Assembly: GCA_014382805.1 (NCBI GenBank)
Contig: JACNIZ010000220.1
Span: 1-47,055 of the forward strand
DNA: 47,055 bases
Reading direction: 5' to 3'
Source of the DNA: Planctomycetota bacterium
GTDB lineage: Bacteria > Planctomycetota > UBA1135
The notes under the pieces were generated by a model. It was not told the origin of the DNA. It worked only from the letters and a program-made list of their open reading frames with translations, and searched no databases. A program made the translations under genes and the position numbers. Positions 1 to 9,959 of this stretch are shown here, one piece after another. Each line of letters starts with the position of its first letter. The first letter of the stretch is position 1.

Positions 1-522
1 AGTTACCCGCCTCCCGCACGGCCACGGCGTATTGGCGGGGCCCGCGGCGCCGCTACCTGCCTTGCGGGGCATGGCCATCATGGAGCGAATCAAGCGGTCC
101 GCTTCGCGACCGTGAGCGGCAAGTTTGAGCACTCGGAACGCGCGCAGAATCCGAAACACGCGAATCCCCATGAAATAATGCGCCGCCGGAAACAGCGCGA
201 CTAAATACGTCGGCAGGTCGGCCAGCAGGTCGACGACGCCGAAAAAACTGCGTGCATAATGCAACGGCCGTCGCGTGCAAATCAGCCTAGCGACGTATTC
301 CAGGGTGAAGAGCGCGGTGAAAATCCATTCCGCCGCCCCAAGCTGAGTTCCCCATTCGTCGCGGATTGACGCAACGCTTTCGAGCATGACCACAGCCACG
401 CTGGCCAGGATCAGAATGATCAGCCAGACGTCGAAAGCCCGGCCTTTGGGCGTATCCGCCAGGAAAATGATCCGCCACATGCGCTCGCGCCATGGGGATA
501 GTTGTGGGCTGGAATCGGTCAT
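1..522 (-). CDS. Voltage-gated potassium channel / ion transporter (Ion_trans family), 3' end off the window
   Basis: Not in the ORF track. Hand translation from ATG 522: MTDSSPQLSPWRERMWRIIFLADTPKGRAFDVWLIILILASVAVVMLESV...EWIFTALFTLEYVARL...SFFGVVDLLADLPTYL...IRVFRILRAFRVLKL. This gives S1-S3 plus the S4 Arg-repeat voltage sensor; the frame is open to base 1. Confidence 0.85.
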   Translation of the reverse strand, partial: MTDSSPQLSPWRERMWRIIFLADTPKGRAFDVWLIILILASVAVVMLESVASIRDEWGTQLGAAEWIFTALFTLEYVARLICTRRPLHYARSFFGVVDLLADLPTYLVALFPAAHYFMGIRVFRILRAFRVLKLAAHGREADRLIRSMMAMPRKAGSGAAGPANTPWPCGRRVT

Positions 523-595
523 GATGTTGAGCCGTTTTTCTGGGCGGCGCCCGAATCGGCGGCGCGGCGCTAGATAGCTTAGACTGTCGGTTGCC

Positions 596-982
596 ATGAG
601 CAATCACAACCGCGATCACAACCGAGCCGTTTGGTTCGACATTCCTGTAGCCGACCTAGACCGGTCGGTCGATTTTTATAGTGCGGTACTTGATTGTGAG
701 GTGAGCGTTGAGTGCACTGACGAATTATCATTCGGCGTGATCGCGCACGACGAAGGCAATGGCGGCTGCTTGGTCCCTCGCTCCAATGAAGTTTCGCGGG
801 ATGGCGGAATTTTGCTGTATTTGAATGTGCACGGTCGCATTCGCGACGCGGTGGCAAAGTGCGCCGAGCATGGCGGCGAACTCGTCAACGACGTTCATTC
901 GATCGGTCCGCACGGTTTCCGCGCGATTTGCCGCGATAGCGAAGGCAATCGCATCGCGCTGCATTCCGAAGTGGATGCTTGA
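596..982 (+). CDS. VOC family protein (glyoxalase/bleomycin resistance fold)
   Basis: WFDIPVADLDRSVDFYSAVL N-terminal and FRAICRDSEGNRIALHS C-terminal VOC motifs; 128 aa. Confidence 0.9.
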   Translation: MSNHNRDHNRAVWFDIPVADLDRSVDFYSAVLDCEVSVECTDELSFGVIAHDEGNGGCLVPRSNEVSRDGGILLYLNVHGRIRDAVAKCAEHGGELVNDVHSIGPHGFRAICRDSEGNRIALHSEVDA

Positions 983-1083
983 TAGTGTTTGAAGATTGGG
1001 CGGGCGACGCTTGTATGCCGCCCGCCGACGCGGCCAAATTTGTTCCGAGGTAAATAAATATCGACTACCTCACAATTTTTTGA

Positions 1084-1106
1084 CGACATAATGTGCCTTT
1101 GCGGTG
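1084..1106 (+). promoter_or_regulatory. Candidate ECF promoter motif upstream of ECF gene 1
   Basis: CGACATAATGTGCCTTTGCGGTG matches 15/23 ungapped with the equivalent region upstream of ECF gene 2 (4592-4614). Confidence 0.35.
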
Positions 1107-1118
1107 TCACTCTTATTA

Positions 1119-4100
1119 ATGGATCCAAATTCGTCAAACCATAAGCTAGAGCATACCCTCGAGCAATCGAGGTGGCTCAAAGCTTTGGCTGTACATTTGG
1201 TCGGTCCTGACAACGCCGAAGATTTACTGCAAGACGCCTGGGTGCGAGCACTGGAACGCCCCCCTCGACAGTCGAAAGTCCCGCCATCTTGGATGGCACG
1301 CGTGCTAACCAACCTCGGCTTGAATTCGAAACGAAAGGACCAGCGTCGGCGTCGGCGCGAAATCCTTGCGGCGCAGGAGCAGACGTCGGAAATGCTTGCC
1401 AGCGACGAGGCGGTTGAAGTTTTGCAAGTGCATGAGCAACTGGTGCATGCACTGCGCGATCTGCGTGAGCCTTATCGAACTGCAGTGATTTTGCGCTTCT
1501 ACGAAGGGCTGTCGAGCAAACAAATTGCCAAGCGTTTGCAGGTGCCCCCATCTACCGCCCGCAATCGATTGGCGAAAGGCTTGGCGGAATTGCGACGAAT
1601 CTTGGAATCCAGACACGGAGCAGATTGGCGCGATAGCACGCTAACTGCGCTTTTCTTAACCCCGGGCTCGCTAGTTCCGCCCTCTGTGGCGGCGATTGGA
1701 TTGGAGACTGTATTAATGACTATGAACAGCAAACTAATTGTCGGAGTTGGAGCGATTGCCTTAATCGTTGGTTTTTTCTTTTGGCCGGAAAATACTGGGA
1801 CTGAAACGGAAAATGCCGACGGAATTCAAGAGGCCGAACTTCTAAGCGAGATTCAAGCGGAAGTACAGCCGAGCGAGCTGGCCTTACTTGAAAAACAAGA
1901 GAGTGAAGTAGACATCCGCGCCGAGGCGGCTGCACCCAATTTTGGCGTGAAACTTCGAATCGTGGATGAAACTGGCACTGCAATTCCATCTGCCCGCATT
2001 CGCGTTTTTAAAACCAATAGAGGAGCGCGTTCTCTCTCAAGGAGGCCGATTGACATCTACTTCCCAAATATGGATCCCGATGTAATCGCAATCACCAATC
2101 AAGAGGGAATAGCGACTATAGGAGACCTTCCTCGTCGAACGGATCTAGCCTTCTTTGCCGACGCCAGCGGATTTGCAGGCCGAGTTCGTGTGGAAAATTT
2201 ATCAGCGGATCCCGCTGCAATTGACCTCGGAGATTGGATTCTCGAATCGGGGAGATTCTTAGCTCTTCAGTTCGTCGACAGCAAGGGTAATTCAATCCCA
2301 TCAGCGCGAGTCGAGTGCATAGGAAGAACCCCGCAACTGGAGTTCACCATGCTGAATTCGTTAGCATTTACCGATGAAAACGGCGTAGCTTTTTTTGAAA
2401 ACCTAAATAAGAGTGCCAACCTAATCCTAACTGACCCGGCGGGCTTTCTTAGTTACCAAGAAAGAGACTTCACCGTCTTTGACCAGCCAACGGCCTCACG
2501 GAGAATTGTACTTGAACGCGGTGGCTCCATTGAACTTACCGTGTATGAAGAAGATGGCTCCCCTGCCAAGGGCGTTGGAGTCTATAAAGAGGTCGGTGGT
2601 TTCCAAACGCCGTTAGTGCGCCTCCAGCCACACCTAACCTCTTTCCAAGGAGTCACTGCCGCAGATGGGAAGTTTTTGGTTAGCGGATTGGAAGAAGAGC
2701 GCGCCTCACATGGCATCGCAATCCGTCGCGGGCAAGCCTGGGCAGCTTCGGCCGGTATGAAGGCGGGAGAAAAGCTGAATTTGGTCGTACCTGGAGTTCA
2801 TGAAATAAACGGTCGAATTTTGCTCCGAAACAACACTCCGGCGGCCGGAGGAACGGTGATTTTAATAAACGAAAATGAACCCAGTTTGCCGCCAGATTTC
2901 GAATGCGAACTTGGTGACGATGGAAGTTTTTCGACCACACTTTCCACGGGGAGTTATCGCATTGCCAGCTTTCACAAATCCGGCACCTTGATGAAATCTA
3001 CCGGAGTATTACTTGAAGAAAATATTGACCTCGGTGACCTTCATTTGGCCGATCCGACCGCATTAGTGCTGCGCATTGAAAACGGAAGTGGCGAAGGATT
3101 ACCGGCCGCAAAGGTAAGTTTTCCGCTTCCACAATGGGCGACTACGCGACCGAATCCAGGGAATTCTAGCGACATCCAGGGAATGCTATTTTTTAGTTCA
3201 AATCCGTTGCTCAATAAAGCTGGCCTTGCATCAGGAGAGGTCGGGGTTTGGAATATCTCACATCTCCCGACTGGCTCATTCACCTTCCAAATAACTTGCC
3301 CCGGGTATCAAGCAAAGGATCTACAGGTCGAATTGGCTGCTGGGCAAACTGTACATGAGACTATTCAGCTCGAAGCTACAGCAGAGTTGATCCTCTCCGT
3401 CATGAATTCGGATGGGCGTCCGGCCTCTGGGGTTTCAGTTGCCGTTAGTCCAGCTGGGCATGATTCTCAATGGCAGGCGAATGGACTACAGAAGCCTAAG
3501 TACCTGCCCCAAAATTCGCAAACGGATAAGGATGGCAAAGCGCATTTCAAAAACATCGGCGTGGGTAGTTGGAACATAGGCCGATGGCTTCCTTCACGTT
3601 CAGGTTTCTTTTGGGGAACTACTTTGATAAATCCTGGCAGCAATCATTTCCAAATCCAAATGCCGGAATTGCATGGGGTGGAATTCAAAGTAGTTGGCCC
3701 GAATGGACCAGTGCCCGAAACTCCGGTTCGACTTCGGCGTAAACTGCCGAAAACCGACCCAATTTCCCCAATCACTGAATATGACCGCGGTGGATATCGT
3801 TCTACTACAGATCAGAATGGAATTTGTACCCATAAAGAGCTAGAAGCGGACGAATACCAAATACAAATTTTTCCACCTGGGTTGTTCCCGCTGCAAGAAG
3901 AAATTCAAATCAATGCATCCTCAACTAGTTTCACCTTTCGCTTTACAGGAACCTCAATCTCTGGAGCTATCGCCAATGCGCCGCAAGGTTCGCGGGTTTA
4001 CCTTGCCAACTTCTTGAATGAACCGGATGAGCAGGAGCAAGCTCTTCTTCTGGTTAGGAGTCAATACTGGGATTCCGATGCAGACGATATCATTGCTATT

Positions 4101-4574
4101 GGCAGCAACCTTCGTCATGGTATGACATCACCTGATTCGCAAGGGTTTTTTGAATTCAATGGAGTTCCCGATGGGATCTATTACCTAATTGCAAGAGCAC
4201 CTGGATACATTGCGGCCAATCCTCGGCGAATCCATGTCAAGGGCGAGGATCTATCAAATCAAAATTTCGTACTTGCACAAGCGGGAAGCGTCAGTGTGGA
4301 ACTGACTGGAATGACAGAGTTCCGTCGGCGTCATCCCGAGACACAACTCTATTTGGAGGTGTCCAGTTTGAGCGGCAAACGGGTGAGCTCGAACCCGCCG
4401 TTAATCACCCAAGACGGTAAGTATTCTTTCTCGCCGCTAGAATCGGGGGAAGCCATAGTTTCCATGCGCTATTGGAACAACGTCACTATGACCAAGGGCG
4501 AAACCATTCCAGTTGTGGTCATTCCCGGCCAAGCCAGCGTTGTGAGAGTAGACGCGAGAAATTTCTCGCCATAA
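1119..4574 (+). CDS. ECF sigma-70 factor fused to a TM helix and long extracytoplasmic CarboxypepD_reg/prealbumin-like repeats
   Basis: Region 2 (NAEDLLQDAWVRAL...SWMARVLTN), region 4 (ALRDLREPYRTAVILRFYEGLSSKQIAKRLQVPPSTARNRL), TM segment LIVGVGAIALIVGFFFW, and repeated 'TD..G.A.F..L..G' beta units. ATG 1119 is preferred over GTG 1104. Confidence 0.85.
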   Translation: MDPNSSNHKLEHTLEQSRWLKALAVHLVGPDNAEDLLQDAWVRALERPPRQSKVPPSWMARVLTNLGLNSKRKDQRRRRREILAAQEQTSEMLASDEAVEVLQVHEQLVHALRDLREPYRTAVILRFYEGLSSKQIAKRLQVPPSTARNRLAKGLAELRRILESRHGADWRDSTLTALFLTPGSLVPPSVAAIGLETVLMTMNSKLIVGVGAIALIVGFFFWPENTGTETENADGIQEAELLSEIQAEVQPSELALLEKQESEVDIRAEAAAPNFGVKLRIVDETGTAIPSARIRVFKTNRGARSLSRRPIDIYFPNMDPDVIAITNQEGIATIGDLPRRTDLAFFADASGFAGRVRVENLSADPAAIDLGDWILESGRFLALQFVDSKGNSIPSARVECIGRTPQLEFTMLNSLAFTDENGVAFFENLNKSANLILTDPAGFLSYQERDFTVFDQPTASRRIVLERGGSIELTVYEEDGSPAKGVGVYKEVGGFQTPLVRLQPHLTSFQGVTAADGKFLVSGLEEERASHGIAIRRGQAWAASAGMKAGEKLNLVVPGVHEINGRILLRNNTPAAGGTVILINENEPSLPPDFECELGDDGSFSTTLSTGSYRIASFHKSGTLMKSTGVLLEENIDLGDLHLADPTALVLRIENGSGEGLPAAKVSFPLPQWATTRPNPGNSSDIQGMLFFSSNPLLNKAGLASGEVGVWNISHLPTGSFTFQITCPGYQAKDLQVELAAGQTVHETIQLEATAELILSVMNSDGRPASGVSVAVSPAGHDSQWQANGLQKPKYLPQNSQTDKDGKAHFKNIGVGSWNIGRWLPSRSGFFWGTTLINPGSNHFQIQMPELHGVEFKVVGPNGPVPETPVRLRRKLPKTDPISPITEYDRGGYRSTTDQNGICTHKELEADEYQIQIFPPGLFPLQEEIQINASSTSFTFRFTGTSISGAIANAPQGSRVYLANFLNEPDEQEQALLLVRSQYWDSDADDIIAIGSNLRHGMTSPDSQGFFEFNGVPDGIYYLIARAPGYIAANPRRIHVKGEDLSNQNFVLAQAGSVSVELTGMTEFRRRHPETQLYLEVSSLSGKRVSSNPPLITQDGKYSFSPLESGEAIVSMRYWNNVTMTKGETIPVVVIPGQASVVRVDARNFSP

Positions 4575-4591
4575 TTTTCGGCAAAAAGTTG

Positions 4592-4614
4592 CAACATTAT
4601 CTAGGCTGGCGGTG
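4592..4614 (+). promoter_or_regulatory. Candidate ECF promoter motif upstream of ECF gene 2
   Basis: CAACATTATCTAGGCTGGCGGTG shares ACAT.AT.T and GCGGTG at identical spacing with 1084-1106. Confidence 0.35.
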
Positions 4615-4631
4615 AGTTATTCAGGAAATCG

Positions 4632-7600
4632 ATGAAAACGCCTGACCCCAAGACCGCCAGCCTGGAAGAACTGCTCGCCCATTCCGGGTGGGTGCAAGCT
4701 CTTGCAAAATCGCTGCTGGCGGACGAGCATCAGGCGGAGGATGTATCGCAGCAGACCTTGATGGTGGCGCTGGAGCGTAAACCTTACGGCGGTGCTGGCC
4801 TGCAAGCTTGGTTGACTCGAGTTGCTCGCGGAATTGCACTTAATCTGCGACGCGGTGAGCGGCGGCGATTGGCGCGTGAGGAAAAGGTCGCTCAAACAGG
4901 CGCGACGGCTGCATCCAGCGATGAAATCGTCGCATGGGCGGAGTGCATGCATGAGTTGGCACTTGCAGTTTCATCACTGGACGAGCCGCATAGAAGCATC
5001 ATCGTGCAGCGCTACTTCGATGGCTTGCCTTTGCATGAAATCGCTTCGCGCCTGGGAATGCCCGCCAGCACGGTGCGCTCAAATTTGCGCCGCAGTTTGC
5101 AAAAGCTGAAGTTTGAATTGCAAGCTCGCTCCGGCAAAGAAAGCCACCTTGCAGGCTTAGCGATTTTGGCAGCACCCATATCTGGAACTACCGTACTCGC
5201 GAGTGCCGGCTCGATCTCATTTACCCCTTGGATCACACACCTTTTGCTCATGAGCACAAAAACCAAAATCGCATTCAGCGCAGCGCTGTTATTATTGATT
5301 TCTTGGGCGGTATGGCCGACGCCTCGACTTTCGCCGCCGACAATTCAGACTGTTGGAAATGCGGATCCAATAGCATCTACCTCAATCCTGAAAGAGAACG
5401 CAACCATACCTCAAGGCGAGGCGACTGACGAGAGCCTGAGGGTTGAGCTGCTCGAGGAATCGAATTCAATTGAGGCAGTGTTCCACGTTCAAGTCTTGGA
5501 TCTAAATGGACGCGCAATTCCTCAAGCCCATGTAGAAGCAAAGAACATACACCAGGATTGGATCAAGCTCATGGGCTTCAAGGGATGGGACGCTTGGTTT
5601 CACATTGCCCCCAGCAAAGAAAAAGCCCTGACTGATGAGTTCGGGCGTGCAACCCTAAATAATCTAAACAATTCAGATCCCGTCATTATTTACGCTTTCA
5701 AAAGTGGTTTTGCTATTGCAGGCAAGCTCCATGACAGCACGCCGGGCAAACCAGAGCAAGACTGCGGCATTCTTAGCCTGTCTCCAGGTGGACAGATAAA
5801 GCTTCGCGTATTGGACAATAAAAACAAGCCCGTGGAAGGTGCAGTCATCAGCCTTCAAACCGATCCCACGGAACCAGTAGGCACTCTTTATTTTCAAAGT
5901 GGACCAACCGACGACAAAGGAGAGAAATCTTTCCCTCACTTGCTGAATCGATTGCATCGCCTGGAGATCAACGCTCCTGGGTTCATTCCTTTCCAGCAGG
6001 ACGATTTCCAGCCCATTGCATCTAGCGATCAATGGAGGCAAATCACGCTTGAGCGTGGCAGTGCCATCAACGGAATAGTTTTCAACTCAAATCATTCCCC
6101 GGCAGCTGACGTCCCCATCTACTTACTTCGAAAAGAGGATTCCAGCTTTGACCGGCCACACCAATTTTATGGGCATTCGGCAGTAACCCAAACAGACGTT
6201 AATGGTGAATTTGAAATCTCTGGCCTCGATGATAAAGAGGCGGAATATAAAGCCCTAGCTAAAGTTAGCCCGACCATCTGGACAGCTTCAGATCCGGTCA
6301 GTCCAGGGGGTGTGGTGAAACTGTCCCTGCCAGACTACTATTCCATTCGCGGCAAGATTGTCATTGAAGACGGAAGCCCAGCCCAACGAGCATCTATCGG
6401 ATTTGTGAATGTGGATCACCCTGGCGATGTGAATGAAGTTTTTTATCCAACCTCTTCAAACGGATCCTTTCAATTAGCAATCGCCGCAGGCACATATGGC
6501 GCTATGGCTAGGAACCGAGAAGGCCGAAAACTACTTTCACCATTTGAAGTTTCCGCAGATGTTGATCTGGGCGAGATCACCATTTTTCCAGGAGTTCCCT
6601 TGACTATCACCACGTTATCTTCCATTGATAAAAAGCCAGTTCCGTTCCCAAGCCACATACTTGATGTTGAAGTTCCCTACTTTGGGAAGGGAATAGTCAT
6701 AGGGCCGAACGATTGGAAAAGGCAAATCAAGCACGCCGCTCGAGCAAGGCGCTTCAGCCGCGACCAATTCCTTGAGGACCATGTCGCAATTATCAAATAC
6801 CTTCCCCCGGGGAATCACGATTTATCCGCACACGCTACCGGATATCTCAGACAGCCATTTAAGGTGATCCTGGAGGAGGGTAAGCCAAAAGCGATCACGC
6901 TTTTCTTGGAACCGACATTAGAAGTAACTCTGATCATCAAGGACAAGAATGGGCTTCCAGTTCAAGACCAAGAGTTTCTAATGAACTCCTTCCGCCCGGA
7001 TGGCAAAGCCGACGAAGATCGAAACTCGGAAAGGTCCTCCACCAACGCAGCAGGAAAGGCCATCTTTAATCAGTTAAGCAAAGGATGGTATTACTTGTGC
7101 CAAGGAAGCGGTCCAACAGAAGTGCGAATGACTTCCCTTGAAATCGTCTCTGGAGAAAACATCATTGAGTATCAATACCCTACCCAGCCAAATTTAACGG
7201 TGCGACTTTCGGATGCTTCCGGTCCAATCACTGGCACGGAAATCCAAATACTGAAACAACTCGACGACAATTCCCCGTGGCCTAAGCGGGCGCAATTGGA
7301 TTCCAAAGGTGAAGCACATTTCTCCAATATTTGGCCTGGGAATTATCGAATAATGGCCGAAGTCCATGGCAGTCTGCGAGTATTCAAAGTAGTTGAGCTA
7401 AATAAAGAATCTGAAGTTGTCGAGCTACAACTAAGTGGGATCACCATAAAAGGAAAGATCCCTTCCGAAAACCTAACCCTGCTGGGAGGATTGCGGGTGA
7501 GCATCCATGGACATGGGTTGCCAATATCAAAAATAAAAGATGCCGACCTAGCTGTGCTTGGACAAACAAACTATAAATCGTCCCTACATGGAACGGCAAT

Positions 7601-8036
7601 GGTCGACGAAGACGGAAACTTTATCATCCAAAATGTACAACCAGGCCTCTACGAAATTTACATGGATGCCAAGGGCTACCGGAGCTCAGGGACAACCGAA
7701 ATAGAGGTTTATACCCAGGATCTCATCGCGCCAGATCTTTCACCATTAATTATGGAATCGGTGCTCATACTCCAGGTGATTGATTCCGCTGAATTCGTGG
7801 CGACCAATTCAGTACATCTATTCTATGGAAAACTGTTTAACGATGCTGGAGTGTTGGTAGCCAATACTAGCTTCAGCGATGACGGCGAGAAGAAATTCGA
7901 TCGTCTAAATCCAGGAAAATACGACCTAAAAATCTACTCCGTTATTCTGCGAGGGGGCAAGGAAACACTTGTCGATACTATTCCTGTTCAAGTCGGTGGA
8001 CCTAGCACAGTGACCACAACTCGATGGCCGTTGTAG
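4632..8036 (+). CDS. Second ECF sigma-70 factor-TM-CarboxypepD_reg-repeat fusion (tandem paralogue)
   Basis: QAEDVSQQTL (region 2), SLDEPHRSIIVQRYFDGLPLHEIASRLGMPASTVRSNLRR (region 4), TM segment IAFSAALLLLISWAVW, then repeated carboxypeptidase-regulatory-like units. Confidence 0.85.
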   Translation: MKTPDPKTASLEELLAHSGWVQALAKSLLADEHQAEDVSQQTLMVALERKPYGGAGLQAWLTRVARGIALNLRRGERRRLAREEKVAQTGATAASSDEIVAWAECMHELALAVSSLDEPHRSIIVQRYFDGLPLHEIASRLGMPASTVRSNLRRSLQKLKFELQARSGKESHLAGLAILAAPISGTTVLASAGSISFTPWITHLLLMSTKTKIAFSAALLLLISWAVWPTPRLSPPTIQTVGNADPIASTSILKENATIPQGEATDESLRVELLEESNSIEAVFHVQVLDLNGRAIPQAHVEAKNIHQDWIKLMGFKGWDAWFHIAPSKEKALTDEFGRATLNNLNNSDPVIIYAFKSGFAIAGKLHDSTPGKPEQDCGILSLSPGGQIKLRVLDNKNKPVEGAVISLQTDPTEPVGTLYFQSGPTDDKGEKSFPHLLNRLHRLEINAPGFIPFQQDDFQPIASSDQWRQITLERGSAINGIVFNSNHSPAADVPIYLLRKEDSSFDRPHQFYGHSAVTQTDVNGEFEISGLDDKEAEYKALAKVSPTIWTASDPVSPGGVVKLSLPDYYSIRGKIVIEDGSPAQRASIGFVNVDHPGDVNEVFYPTSSNGSFQLAIAAGTYGAMARNREGRKLLSPFEVSADVDLGEITIFPGVPLTITTLSSIDKKPVPFPSHILDVEVPYFGKGIVIGPNDWKRQIKHAARARRFSRDQFLEDHVAIIKYLPPGNHDLSAHATGYLRQPFKVILEEGKPKAITLFLEPTLEVTLIIKDKNGLPVQDQEFLMNSFRPDGKADEDRNSERSSTNAAGKAIFNQLSKGWYYLCQGSGPTEVRMTSLEIVSGENIIEYQYPTQPNLTVRLSDASGPITGTEIQILKQLDDNSPWPKRAQLDSKGEAHFSNIWPGNYRIMAEVHGSLRVFKVVELNKESEVVELQLSGITIKGKIPSENLTLLGGLRVSIHGHGLPISKIKDADLAVLGQTNYKSSLHGTAMVDEDGNFIIQNVQPGLYEIYMDAKGYRSSGTTEIEVYTQDLIAPDLSPLIMESVLILQVIDSAEFVATNSVHLFYGKLFNDAGVLVANTSFSDDGEKKFDRLNPGKYDLKIYSVILRGGKETLVDTIPVQVGGPSTVTTTRWPL

Positions 8037-8057
8037 GTTTTTTCGCTTTGGACTACC

Positions 8058-8990
8058 TTAGGCGAACATGCCGGACATTCGTGCGCCCAAGTTCCCGAAA
8101 CCATGCACCAGTGCTGGCGCCAAAACGGAATTGGTTTTTTCTCTTAGAAAGCCGAAGTAGAGCGTGGTCATCGTAGAAAGTCCATGCCGCCACTGGAAAT
8201 GGTAAACGCCTGAAAAATAATCCACTGAATTCAAAACATGGACGGCGCCAAATAAGGCGGCGGCAAGGAATAGGCCGGGGCCAAAACGAGTCCCCCATAG
8301 AGACCAGCGTCGGTGAAAAACTAAATTTAGGCGGCCTTGCACGTAGCCGCGGAAAAACAATTCTTCACCGAAACCTGATCCGATTAGCACCCAAAAAACG
8401 GTCCATAATTTGGGTGCAATTTCTGCATGATTCAGCAACGCCCAACACGTCGGCGCGATCGCGATCAAGAGGAATAGGGTTAGCAGGGATTTATCAAGCC
8501 GTCGGCCGCGCGGTGATGGTGTATTTGAATTCAGCCTCAGTAGCCAAACCAAAACCATGGCGACACACAGGTTCAAAACGGAATTCACGATGACTCCGGA
8601 CCACGAAGTTTTGCTCGACTGTGGGCTAAATCCAAACCCCCACAAAACTACTCCACCTAAGCCGAGCAACACCAAACAAATAGCCGCCGGTCGAATGGAA
8701 AATAGAAAACCACGATTTGGCAATCCAAAAGCTCCAATCAAGCCAGACGTGCCCATCGCCGACCGGCTCCGCCCGGCAAAAATTATCATCAGCGCCGACG
8801 TCAAAATCATGAATACGCCCGGCGACAAATTCACCCCGCTTTGGACTTCCAACTGGCCCAACTCGGTAAACCGCCGAAACCACCTAAACCCGACGTGCAT
8901 GCAAACAAATGCAAGGCACACTTCAAGCAAAGCATAAAGTTTGGTTTTCAATGCGAGTTTGGAGCTGGAAAAGTCGCTAAAGCCATTCAC
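8058..8990 (-). CDS. CPBP (CAAX/Abi) family intramembrane glutamic endopeptidase
   Basis: EELFFRG, FGAVH and VHGFGN motifs; multiple hydrophobic helices. Confidence 0.9.
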   Translation of the reverse strand: MNGFSDFSSSKLALKTKLYALLEVCLAFVCMHVGFRWFRRFTELGQLEVQSGVNLSPGVFMILTSALMIIFAGRSRSAMGTSGLIGAFGLPNRGFLFSIRPAAICLVLLGLGGVVLWGFGFSPQSSKTSWSGVIVNSVLNLCVAMVLVWLLRLNSNTPSPRGRRLDKSLLTLFLLIAIAPTCWALLNHAEIAPKLWTVFWVLIGSGFGEELFFRGYVQGRLNLVFHRRWSLWGTRFGPGLFLAAALFGAVHVLNSVDYFSGVYHFQWRHGLSTMTTLYFGFLREKTNSVLAPALVHGFGNLGARMSGMFA

Positions 8991-9959
8991 CTACCAACCC
9001 ATCACCAAGGCGAAAAACAACGGCGCAACGATGGTCGCGTCAGATTCAATGATGTGCTTCGGTGTATTCACCCCCAGTTTGCCCCAAGTGATTTTTTCGT
9101 TGGGAACCGCACCTGAATAACTGCCAAAGCTGGTAGTTGAATCGCTAATTTGGCAAAAATATCCCCACAAAGGAACATGATCTCGCTGCAAATCCTGATG
9201 CAGCATCGGCACCACACAAATGGGGAAATCACCGGCTATGCCACCGCCAATCTGAAAAAATCCGACCGAACTCTGCGGTGCATAATTGCTATACCACTCC
9301 GCCAAATCCATCATCGCTTCAATGCCGCTTTTCACCGTCGACGGCTGGGCCAGTCCCTCCATGCAAGCCGCCGCAAACATATTCCCCGAAGTCGAATCTT
9401 CCCATCCGGGTGTCCAAATCGGCAGGTTTTTTTCCGCAGCAGCCAATAGCCACGAATCCTCTTCGGGGATTTGGTAGTACTGCTTCAATTTACCACTTAA
9501 CAGCATTCGATAGAGAAACTGGTGCGGGAACAAGCGCTCGCCGGCATCTTCCGCAGCCTTCCACTCCTCCCTTAAGGCACGTTCAATGCGTCGCATCGCC
9601 TCCTCTTCGGGGATGCAGGTGTCAGTCACTCGGTTCAAATGCTTGTCGAGCAATTCTTGCTCCTGCTGCGCAGTCAAATCACGATATCCGGGAATGCGCA
9701 AGTAATGGTCATGAGCAACCAAATGAAACACGTCTTCTTCCAGATTTGCTCCGGTAGTGCTGATAGCATGCACCTTGCCTGCCCGGATCATTTCGGCAAG
9801 AGAACGGCCCAATTCGGCGGTACTCATAGCGCCAGCCAGGGTCACCAGCATCGATCCGCCCGAATCCAAGTGCCGACGGTAATCCCGCGCCGCATCCATC
9901 AACGCTGCGGCATTGAAGTGGCGGAAATGCCGGGTCAAAAAGGCGGTAATTTCACTCAT
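8991..9959 (-). CDS. speY: Deoxyhypusine synthase-like protein (SpeY-type, homospermidine pathway)
   Basis: TLAGAMSTAELG, STTGANLEED, IGGGIAGDF, and SYSGAVPNEKITWGK with the active-site Lys; divergent from speA-speB. Confidence 0.85.
   Translation of the reverse strand: MSEITAFLTRHFRHFNAAALMDAARDYRRHLDSGGSMLVTLAGAMSTAELGRSLAEMIRAGKVHAISTTGANLEEDVFHLVAHDHYLRIPGYRDLTAQQEQELLDKHLNRVTDTCIPEEEAMRRIERALREEWKAAEDAGERLFPHQFLYRMLLSGKLKQYYQIPEEDSWLLAAAEKNLPIWTPGWEDSTSGNMFAAACMEGLAQPSTVKSGIEAMMDLAEWYSNYAPQSSVGFFQIGGGIAGDFPICVVPMLHQDLQRDHVPLWGYFCQISDSTTSFGSYSGAVPNEKITWGKLGVNTPKHIIESDATIVAPLFFALVMGW

Noticed and set aside
999-1026. GC-rich hairpin after the VOC gene as a terminator
   Set aside because: 8-bp stem but no adjacent U-tract on either strand.
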